A program made the translations under genes and the position numbers. From an uncultured Pirellulaceae bacterium (GTDB lineage: Bacteria > Planctomycetota > Planctomycetia > Pirellulales > Pirellulaceae), in contig CAZJBW010000010.1 of the NCBI GenBank assembly GCA_964543985.1, positions 9,684-73,683 on the forward strand: a stretch of DNA of 64,000 nucleotides, read 5' to 3'. The notes beneath the pieces were generated by a model, which saw nothing but the letters and a program-made list of their open reading frames with translations, was not told the origin of the DNA and searched no databases. Of the stretch, positions 16,869 through 24,046 are shown piece after piece (position 1 is the first letter of the stretch; each line of letters starts with the position of its first letter).

Positions 16869-17480
16869 TCACCGGTATTCGCGGATGCTGATACCCTTGT
16901 CTTTGCCAAGCACAATGTGGTCAAGGACGTCGATGCCGATTGTTTTACCGACATCGGTCAGCCGGTCGGTGACCGCGATATCTTCGCGTGATGGTGTCGG
17001 ATCGCCGGACGGATGGTTGTGGACAAGAATGACCGACGACGCGGCGTCTTTGATGGCCTTTCGAAAGACCTCGCGAGGGTGAACCAATGATGCGTCAAGT
17101 GTGCCAACCGTAATCTGATGGGAAGCGATGACTTGGTTTTTTGTATCTAGCGTGACCGTATGAAACTCTTCTTGAAGGCAGTCTGATACCAAGCGAGAGA
17201 AGTGTCGGCGGCAATAGTCAATGGCGTCAGAGCTGCTGGAGATCTTGATGATGGCACGAAAAGCAGTTTTCGATTCCTGAATGCGACGCCCAATCTCGAT
17301 GCTCGCCTGAAGCCGTTCATAGGCTTTGGGAGTCAGGTTTAGTTCCTGACGATGCGCCTGATCAAGTTTTTCCAGCGGAATCTCTTTCAATATCTGCTCT
17401 GCCCGGTCAGAAGAGCGTAGTAATAGTTCAAGTAGTTCTTGATTCGACCTTTGATGGAATTCTCGTGGCTGTTTCGGCAT
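16869..17480 (-). CDS. radC: RadC-like JAB-domain protein
   Basis: JAMM motif ILVHNHPSGDPTPSREDIAVTDRL and a typical RadC length (203 aa). Confidence 0.85.
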   Translation of the reverse strand: MPKQPREFHQRSNQELLELLLRSSDRAEQILKEIPLEKLDQAHRQELNLTPKAYERLQASIEIGRRIQESKTAFRAIIKISSSSDAIDYCRRHFSRLVSDCLQEEFHTVTLDTKNQVIASHQITVGTLDASLVHPREVFRKAIKDAASSVILVHNHPSGDPTPSREDIAVTDRLTDVGKTIGIDVLDHIVLGKDKGISIREYR

Positions 17481-17594
17481 AGCCTAGCGAGCATGCCGAA
17501 GAATCTTCTCCCATTCAAGCAATTCGCAATCCAATTTAATCCAAGTTCAGGATAGCTTCTGCTTTGGGTCGCCGACAGAAATGACACCAAGACA

Positions 17595-18566
17595 TCAAAA
17601 CAAATGTGAGTAATCTTTGTGCAGTTGTTTTAGAGTTGAATCGCAATCAAATGCCAACGCTCCTAACCCCTGAGTGTTCTGCGCAGATACATAAGAAGCA
17701 ATTTCGCCACACTCTTTGTACGACGCACCGCGCGTGATTGCCCAAAGAAAACCGCCGTGATAAGTATCCCCGCAACCGGTTGTGTCAATGATGTCTGTCA
17801 TGTTGAACGCTGGTTGAAGCCAACTACTACAGCCAATCGGAGAAATCCAACTGCCTTTCTCTCCCAGTGTGATCACTACCAATTCAGATCCGAAATCATC
17901 TTGAAGCAACGAAGCTAGTGAACTAGCGTCGGTGTAGGGAACGGCTTTGGATTCTGCATGGGCCATCGCAAATTGTTCGGATACGATCAGGAAATCGACT
18001 AAGTGGAGAATTGGTACGACTTCTTTGCGGTAGCGGTGAGCCCCACCATCGTAAGAAACTTTTGTTCCGCAATCATGTGCCAGGCTGGCAGCTTTCTTGC
18101 TCAACTGGAGGTGTCGTCCATTGATGTGGAGTATTTTTGCATTCTCAATCGCGGAAAGACATTTGTCGTCAGTATTCAGCGATTCTGCATTGCCAGGGGA
18201 GAAGACAATACTACGCGAGCCGTTCTTGCTGATTACTAGCACGCATGCGAGTGATGGCGAGCAATCTGAATCACGAACAACATTTGCTGTATTAACGCCA
18301 CATTGAGAAATCCTGTCAACGATCGCTTGAGACGTAACGTCGACTCCAAGTGTATCGACCAGCTCAGCACTGCCGCCAAGAAGTCCAATTGTCGATAGAG
18401 CAACCGTAACGCCGCCACCGATTCCAACCGAACGGGCTTTTGCCTCAGCTACAGACTCTTGGGTTGGTAGCTCGTCAACCACGAGAATTGTATCCATTAC
18501 GGACACGCCGATTCCAAAAACATCGCATGATTGATTGGGATTGGGTACAATGCTGTTTTCTGCCAT
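17595..18566 (-). CDS. PfkB-family carbohydrate/nucleoside kinase (ribokinase-like)
   Basis: N-terminal GIGVSVMDT and C-terminal signature DTTGCGDTYHGGFLWAI (PfkB motif 2). Confidence 0.85.
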   Translation of the reverse strand: MAENSIVPNPNQSCDVFGIGVSVMDTILVVDELPTQESVAEAKARSVGIGGGVTVALSTIGLLGGSAELVDTLGVDVTSQAIVDRISQCGVNTANVVRDSDCSPSLACVLVISKNGSRSIVFSPGNAESLNTDDKCLSAIENAKILHINGRHLQLSKKAASLAHDCGTKVSYDGGAHRYRKEVVPILHLVDFLIVSEQFAMAHAESKAVPYTDASSLASLLQDDFGSELVVITLGEKGSWISPIGCSSWLQPAFNMTDIIDTTGCGDTYHGGFLWAITRGASYKECGEIASYVSAQNTQGLGALAFDCDSTLKQLHKDYSHLF

Positions 18567-18593
18567 GACAGCAAGAGTACATCAACTTTTCTC

Positions 18594-19517
18594 ATGCCGC
18601 AACAATTTCAAGTCATACATTTATTCATCCGTCCGATTTGCACTTTCTTGGCTGCGCTAATTGCAATCATTTGGTGTAGGAATTTTGCCGACCCTCAAAG
18701 CATGTCTAGCCAGATTGGTTTGGGGGTCGCCGCATCTTTGCTTGCAGTGTCTTTGATTGATTTGGCAATTGCGTTGCGAAAAATGTTCAAAATGCGCCGC
18801 AATCACAAATGGTTGCTTAGTCTCTTTGGGTCACCATATTTGGCTCAGTGTGTTCGCATCTCGGTTCCAGTGTTTAGGCTTTCTAACGAAGTGGTAAAGG
18901 CATGCGACGAAAAAAACATACCAGTGCAATTTCACTTTCAGAAAGACAAAACTCCATGGGCAAAGTCTGAATTTAGAATTGATGTTCCGAGTTGCATGGC
19001 TGGAAACGACGTTGCTGCAACAAATGCAATTCTTGAGTGCCTAAGTGATTGGCTGGAGTATGTACCGGATTTGAAACCAGACGAAGATTGCTTGCAACTG
19101 CCGTTCACTGAAAACACAGTCATCAACATCGGATTTTCAAGCAATGTGCTTACGCATTACTTACTTGACACGAAACAGCCTTCGATCTTTCGTCCAAAAG
19201 AGGATGGATTTGATTCTGAAAGAGTAGAAGTCCTTTCCGAGCTGATCCCACCTAAATATGTTGAGTACAAATCAACACAATCAACTCAAATCGGGCTGAT
19301 CGCGCGCTGGCAGCCTTATCGAGATGAAGGAAAAACCGCGTCTTTGATCTGGTGCGCAGGGATTGGTGCGGAAGGAACAATTGGCGCAGCTTCATATTTT
19401 TCGGTTCACCTAAGGGAAATCGCAGAGTCAGTTAAAGACAAAGATTTTTGCTTGGTGTTGGAAGTTCCAAAAAACAGCCCAGCAAATGGCATGGTGAGAG
19501 CGACGTATATTTACTAA
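18594..19517 (+). CDS. 2-TM membrane protein with uncharacterised soluble C-terminal domain
   Basis: TM1 IRPICTFLAALIAIIWC and TM2 IGLGVAASLLAVSLIDLAIAL. The C-terminal domain has a glycine-rich block WCAGIGAEGTIGAASYF. Its stop overlaps the next ATG (TAATG at 19515..19519). Confidence 0.5.
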   Translation: MPQQFQVIHLFIRPICTFLAALIAIIWCRNFADPQSMSSQIGLGVAASLLAVSLIDLAIALRKMFKMRRNHKWLLSLFGSPYLAQCVRISVPVFRLSNEVVKACDEKNIPVQFHFQKDKTPWAKSEFRIDVPSCMAGNDVAATNAILECLSDWLEYVPDLKPDEDCLQLPFTENTVINIGFSSNVLTHYLLDTKQPSIFRPKEDGFDSERVEVLSELIPPKYVEYKSTQSTQIGLIARWQPYRDEGKTASLIWCAGIGAEGTIGAASYFSVHLREIAESVKDKDFCLVLEVPKNSPANGMVRATYIY

Positions 19518-20182
19518 TGGGAAATTCAAGCAAAATTAACGTCCTCCAATTCGTAAATTGGTGCGAGTCTTTGGTCGACAACAGTAGTGACAGCAGAATT
19601 ATCGTCGGAATTTGCGGGCCCCCAGCAGGAGGGAAGTCAACGCTCGCCACATATACCGCCGAGGCTATAAACCGCAATCACCCAGGAACTGTGGCCTTGT
19701 TGCCTCAAGACGCCTTCCATTATCCAACGTCGGTTCTGACTGCAAAAGGGCTTGTCGATGTTAAAGGTATGCCGAATACTTTCGACGCTGAACTCTATCT
19801 CGATAAACTCAAAGAGGTAAAAAGGAATGTTAGGACTTCCGTTGCCGCTCCAACGTTTAATCGTGCCAATTTAGATCCATTCGAATCTGCTGTGAGAGTA
19901 GATCCCGGAGTTCGGCTGATAATCACGGAAGGAATTCATTTATTCGCAAACATAACGCCATGGACAGATATTTGCAGGTTGTGTGATGAAACGATCTATA
20001 TTGAGCGAGACTGGAAACCGTGCCGGAAAGCTTTGATGCAAAGGCAGTTGAGAAAGAAGGCCATGGCGGATGCTAATAAGCACGTTGACTTGGTTGATCG
20101 AACCAACTTTAACCAAATCGAATTGTCCAAGCACCGAGCCCACAAGATCGTCCGTTTTACGGATTGGATAGATGATTCGTAA
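19517..20182 (+). CDS. P-loop kinase of the uridine kinase/phosphoribulokinase (PRK) family
   Basis: Walker A IVGICGPPAGGKSTLA, followed by LLPQDAFHY, LIITEGIHLF and DETIYIERD, as in Udk/PRK-like kinases. Confidence 0.7.
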   Translation: MGNSSKINVLQFVNWCESLVDNSSDSRIIVGICGPPAGGKSTLATYTAEAINRNHPGTVALLPQDAFHYPTSVLTAKGLVDVKGMPNTFDAELYLDKLKEVKRNVRTSVAAPTFNRANLDPFESAVRVDPGVRLIITEGIHLFANITPWTDICRLCDETIYIERDWKPCRKALMQRQLRKKAMADANKHVDLVDRTNFNQIELSKHRAHKIVRFTDWIDDS

Positions 20183-20258
20183 CGGTTCGTTTCTTCGACA
20201 AGGTTGGTACGCCTGTTTTTTTGTTGGCCGATTTTCAGAGAAGTGGTACAATAGTGAT

Positions 20259-20498
20259 ATGAATCCAAAACTATCACGGGACGTCGAAAACTTCGTTTCC
20301 ACCACGCCTGAAGGCGCGATGAAGGTGGAAGGGGATACTGGTGCGTCTTATTGGGTGTTAACAGAAGAAGCGATGAAAATTCGCCAACAGGTTTTGGAAG
20401 GTCTGGCCCAGGCCGACCGTGGCGAAGTTGAACCATGGGACGCCGAATCCATTAAACGCGCTGGCCGCGAACGATTAAACGAACGCCGCCAAGCCTGA
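20259..20498 (+). CDS. putative antitoxin of ParE-type toxin
   Basis: Small acidic protein (79 aa) immediately upstream of the ParE-like toxin, with a TGATG stop/start overlap. The first ATG with sensible context is at 20259. Confidence 0.55.
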   Translation: MNPKLSRDVENFVSTTPEGAMKVEGDTGASYWVLTEEAMKIRQQVLEGLAQADRGEVEPWDAESIKRAGRERLNERRQA

Positions 20499-20785
20499 TG
20501 CCGAAGATCAAACGGACTTCACTGGCCCAGAACGACGCGATCGAAATCTGGGAGTACATCGCTCAAGATAACGAAGCCGCCGCCGATAAAGTGATCGACC
20601 AAATCGACGATCGCATCAAATCACTTTCTATGATGCCTCTTTCTGGCGCGGCCGTTAACTATATCAGCCCAGATATCCGCCGCACCGTGGTTGGCCGTTA
20701 TTCAATCTACTATCGACCGATCGAAGACGGCATTGAAGTCTTGCGGATCCTGCATGAACGCCGTCGGCATGACGACTTGGTTTAG
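20498..20785 (+). CDS. parE: RelE/ParE-family toxin
   Basis: LAQNDAIEIWEYIAQDNEAAADKVIDQIDDRIKSLSMMP..G....RRTVVGRYSIYYRPIEDGIEVLRILHERR matches the ParE pattern. Length 95 aa. Confidence 0.85.
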   Translation: MPKIKRTSLAQNDAIEIWEYIAQDNEAAADKVIDQIDDRIKSLSMMPLSGAAVNYISPDIRRTVVGRYSIYYRPIEDGIEVLRILHERRRHDDLV

Positions 20786-20877
20786 GTCATGCAAGGATGG
20801 AAATAGGTTTGTGATTCCAAAGGGGATTAAGGTGAACGGTCATCCACCGCACAACCAAACGTACATTTAGTGAAGCC

Positions 20878-20913
20878 AAAAAACCGTCTTAACATAAAGC
20901 AGATAATGTTAAG
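20878..20913 (-). terminator. candidate intrinsic terminator of the minus-strand three-gene operon
   Basis: CTTAACAT / ATGTTAAG 8-bp stem (20888..20913), followed on the minus strand by ACGG + TTTTTT (20883..20878). The AT-rich stem makes this weak. Confidence 0.35.
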
Positions 20914-20973
20914 TGCGACAGTTTCTCATCCATTTTCGGCTCTTCATCCAATTGGGAATGCCAACCGTCTTGG

Positions 20974-22146
20974 TTATCCTGTCCATTGGTACGACACGGA
21001 AGCGCGAACAGTCTGCACGTCAATTTTTCCCTGTTCAATTCTCGAAATGTTCCCAGCAATTTCCTTGGCAAGTGACACAGCCTCCGGGCTGTCTTGATTT
21101 AGCTCGTCGTGAGTTGTTCGTAAACGGTTCAGAAGTGATTGCAAACTGGTTGATTCCAAATTTTTGCTTTGAATATGTAGCACGTAGCCAATCATGAGAA
21201 AATTATTGATGATCGAGCAATATCGAACAGAGGAATGTGGAAGTTTGCGATTCCCCTCAGCAAGTTGTTTTGACTCAAGGCAAAGCTTGCGGGCTTGAGC
21301 TTGCCGGTCAGCGTCACGCATGGCAATTGCAGACCAAAAGATGTTTGTTGCATGATCAGAAAGAAGGCACGCGTGTTCGGCTTGTCCATAGACCAACAAA
21401 CTTGTACCCAGCTCATGTGCGTCATCGCTGTATTTGAATACGGAATAGTGATACCCAATGCGGAATGAATTCTCCGCGAGTCGCATCAATAATCTCACTT
21501 CATCATATTTGATTGGCACGAAATCAAACAAACGAGGGAACCACCTAGTCGCGATTCTGCCCACGAGCATTTTCAGATTAGTTTTTTCCTTCGGCCAAGG
21601 AAACCGCCGATACTCGTCGAGTGCTAACGACAGGATTCCGTCATATGTTTCCCTTGGAATCTGCTTTCCATCTTTAAGAACTCCGGCCACTCCGAGAATC
21701 AGTTTCCACGGCGGAAGGTTACTTGTATTCGCCGAGTAATCGGCAAATTTCTTCATGCAGGATCGCAACTCGCCAAGGTCGTCTTCGTTGACACGCAAGA
21801 CTGCCAAATGGAGATGAGCTGATAACGCCAATTCATGTAACTCGTCAGAGGATTCGGCTTTCGCTTTCGCTTGGAGCGCATATTCAATCGCTTCTGGGAG
21901 GTTGTCGTTCTGTTGTGAAAGACTAGATAACGCCAGTAATCGTTTTGCAGCGTATTTCGCGTTTTTCGGATCAGCCAACAGTGAGCCCACAACGATGGCG
22001 CTGAACCTCGTAGAATTTCCATCGCTAAAATAATGTGAAAATTCAGACTTGCCAGAAAAAATCTGACTATTGAGCGATTGAGCCTCGTTTTCACTAAGCT
22101 CATTTGCCATCAGCCTTCGTAGTTGCTCAAACTCAGAGGGATTCAT
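20974..22146 (-). CDS. hypothetical helical-repeat protein (about 390 aa)
   Basis: Long ORF. The probable start MNPSEFEQL (22146) overlaps the upstream stop by 14 nt. Composition is all-helical/TPR-like with no catalytic motif seen. Confidence 0.5.
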   Translation of the reverse strand: MNPSEFEQLRRLMANELSENEAQSLNSQIFSGKSEFSHYFSDGNSTRFSAIVVGSLLADPKNAKYAAKRLLALSSLSQQNDNLPEAIEYALQAKAKAESSDELHELALSAHLHLAVLRVNEDDLGELRSCMKKFADYSANTSNLPPWKLILGVAGVLKDGKQIPRETYDGILSLALDEYRRFPWPKEKTNLKMLVGRIATRWFPRLFDFVPIKYDEVRLLMRLAENSFRIGYHYSVFKYSDDAHELGTSLLVYGQAEHACLLSDHATNIFWSAIAMRDADRQAQARKLCLESKQLAEGNRKLPHSSVRYCSIINNFLMIGYVLHIQSKNLESTSLQSLLNRLRTTHDELNQDSPEAVSLAKEIAGNISRIEQGKIDVQTVRASVSYQWTG

Positions 22147-22831
22147 CTGACCTGCCGATGATTTTCTGTTGACAAAACCACTGATTGATCCCAACGCAGC
22201 TGTCGACGATTAAAATCATTGGCCCCCAGAAAGCTGTCTTCGCTTCTAAGGAATCCAGGAATCCGAGATTGTTGGTCGCATCGCCTGGGGGCTCGATGTT
22301 CGGTATGACGCTCGAGTATTCCAAAATAAACTCGACTAGATCCAACTGTTTGAATGTAGACCATTGTTTGAAGTTTAGCGCCTTCGATGCGATACCTTCG
22401 TGCGTAATCATTAGAGCAGCCAAGAGGTCAAAATCGCTTGGGGGATCGCTTGGAGCCGACGGGGAATCTAATTGTTTCGTGAGAGTCTTGATCGCTTCTC
22501 GATATCCAGCGAATGCCGATCGAATTCCATTGTATGACTCGTATCGACAATTTAGCCCGGCAAGCATCGCAACGATGTTCTCGAATTCCGTAGTCAATAC
22601 TTTCGGTGTGAATTTCCAGTCGTCACCGCTGCGAGTTCCCGATGCTTTTGCAATGATTTTTTTGCTCGCGGATCGAGCTAGTAGCATCACATCTTTTTGT
22701 TCCGACCGAGTACTGCCTTTTAGTCGTTCGGTGACGGGTTCTAAAAAATCTGCCGCTAATGCGTTAAGGAAATCACTTTTAATTGAGGCCTTGTCGTAAA
22801 AACTTGGTTCATCGGTCTGGTTCGATTCCAT
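22133..22831 (-). CDS. hypothetical protein (232 aa)
   Basis: ORF overlapping both neighbours (23 nt and 14 nt) in the same orientation. No recognisable motif. Confidence 0.5.
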   Translation of the reverse strand: MESNQTDEPSFYDKASIKSDFLNALAADFLEPVTERLKGSTRSEQKDVMLLARSASKKIIAKASGTRSGDDWKFTPKVLTTEFENIVAMLAGLNCRYESYNGIRSAFAGYREAIKTLTKQLDSPSAPSDPPSDFDLLAALMITHEGIASKALNFKQWSTFKQLDLVEFILEYSSVIPNIEPPGDATNNLGFLDSLEAKTAFWGPMILIVDSCVGINQWFCQQKIIGRSDESL

Positions 22832-23054
22832 TGATTTGTTTGCTCAGCTGCGCTCTCAGCGACTCGATTAGCGACGTCGAGTTCTCTGCCGACCCGAGGT
22901 TTTTCTGCTCTATCAGCTGCAGAGCCTCTCTTTGCTCGTGTAGGGAACTATCACCGGACATGACTCGAAAAAGCAAGTCAAAGTCTTCCCGAGTTACCAA
23001 CTCCTCGGTTCGGTCATGCTCTTTTTCGCCGCTATGTGGGTCGTAATTATCCAA
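22809..23054 (-). CDS. hypothetical small acidic protein (81 aa)
   Basis: First ORF of the overlapping minus-strand trio. Acidic and helical. Confidence 0.35.
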   Translation of the reverse strand: MDNYDPHSGEKEHDRTEELVTREDFDLLFRVMSGDSSLHEQREALQLIEQKNLGSAENSTSLIESLRAQLSKQINGIEPDR

Positions 23055-23302
23055 TCTGGCTTGGAGGTCTGTTTGAGATTACCCCAATCCAGAACGTTTG
23101 GCAACGTTTTTGGGGAATTCCTAGTTTTTTCTATCGCTTCATGCGAGATAGGGTCGCTCCGTCGACCCTATCGAATTTCGGCATTTGTAGATTTGGGAAT
23201 TGAATGTGGTCGTTCCTGATTTCCTCAACTCGTCCAGCGACATATGGCCCAAGTCAACACTTCAAAGCGCAGGCACCTGCGCAACAAAAAAGGAGAAAAA
23301 GT

Positions 23303-23956
23303 ATGTCATTTACAGGCAACCGTTTCGGACAGTCCTTCGACAACGATGAAAACGCCACGTCATCAAACAAGAAACGTTCAAAAGAAGTTCGCTTACGGCT
23401 GAAAGAGCTAGGCCAGTTTTACAAAGCCGCTCAGATCGAAACCGCGAGGCTGTTGGAAGAGTGTCGAGCGGGCGGCTACTGGGCAGAAGAGTATGCAACG
23501 TTCTCAGACTTTGTTGAAAAGGAGGTGGGCATTTCATTGCGAACCGCTCAGGAAATGATGCGAGTGATTCGGAAATGTAATGTTGCGAAAGTCTCACCGG
23601 AAAAGATTGCTGAGCTGGGATGGAGCAAAGTTGCGCTGATAGCTAAGGATCTCAATGAGGAGAACGCTGCAAAGTTGCTGGCCGAAGTGAAAGACAAAAG
23701 CTACAGCCAATTGCAGGAGTCAACTCGTCAAAAACGCAAATCGAAGAACGCGGTCAAAGGCAAGTCTTATTCGAAGGTTGATAAGAACGAACAATCCGAT
23801 ATCTGCATCTCAGAAAGCGTGCTCGCCGCACTTCAGTGTGCGAGTTTGCATACTCGCGACTTTTCAACCCAAGCCAACTTGGAGTTCATGGCAGCCAAGT
23901 TTATTGAGCTTTGTCCACCGCCTTCGCGCGTTCCAGAAAACCAAAACTGGAACTAA
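23303..23956 (+). CDS. putative DNA-binding protein (ParB/KorB-like HTH region)
   Basis: ATG at 23303 preceded by AAGGAG 8 nt upstream. YKAAQIETARLLEECRAGGYWAEEYATFSDFVEKEVGISLRTAQEMMRV resembles plasmid ParB/KorB-type or DUF3102-type HTH segments. Confidence 0.4.
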   Translation: MSFTGNRFGQSFDNDENATSSNKKRSKEVRLRLKELGQFYKAAQIETARLLEECRAGGYWAEEYATFSDFVEKEVGISLRTAQEMMRVIRKCNVAKVSPEKIAELGWSKVALIAKDLNEENAAKLLAEVKDKSYSQLQESTRQKRKSKNAVKGKSYSKVDKNEQSDICISESVLAALQCASLHTRDFSTQANLEFMAAKFIELCPPPSRVPENQNWN

Positions 23957-24046
23957 ACAATCATTTGGGCGAGCGACAAGTTTTAGATGACTTGAACTTA
24001 CCCCACCAAATTCAACCGTCGTTACCAAAACCTATCTGAGGTAGCC

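Noticed and set aside
16805-16954. N-terminal extension of ORF 16370..16954
   Set aside because: It overlaps the 3' end of the confidently called RadC gene out of frame, so the start was moved to 16804.
20259-20785. ParDE-like pair considered as a novel system
   Set aside because: The toxin matches the ordinary RelE/ParE pattern and the gene pair has the standard antitoxin-first, overlapping organisation. It is annotated as a feature only.
22133-22194. Overlap of the 232-aa and 406-aa ORFs considered as evidence for a frameshifted pseudogene
   Set aside because: This cannot be decided from the sequence alone. An internal ATG (22146) gives an ordinary 14-nt coupling overlap, and the upstream pair overlaps in the same style, so I kept them as separate genes and flagged the alternative.
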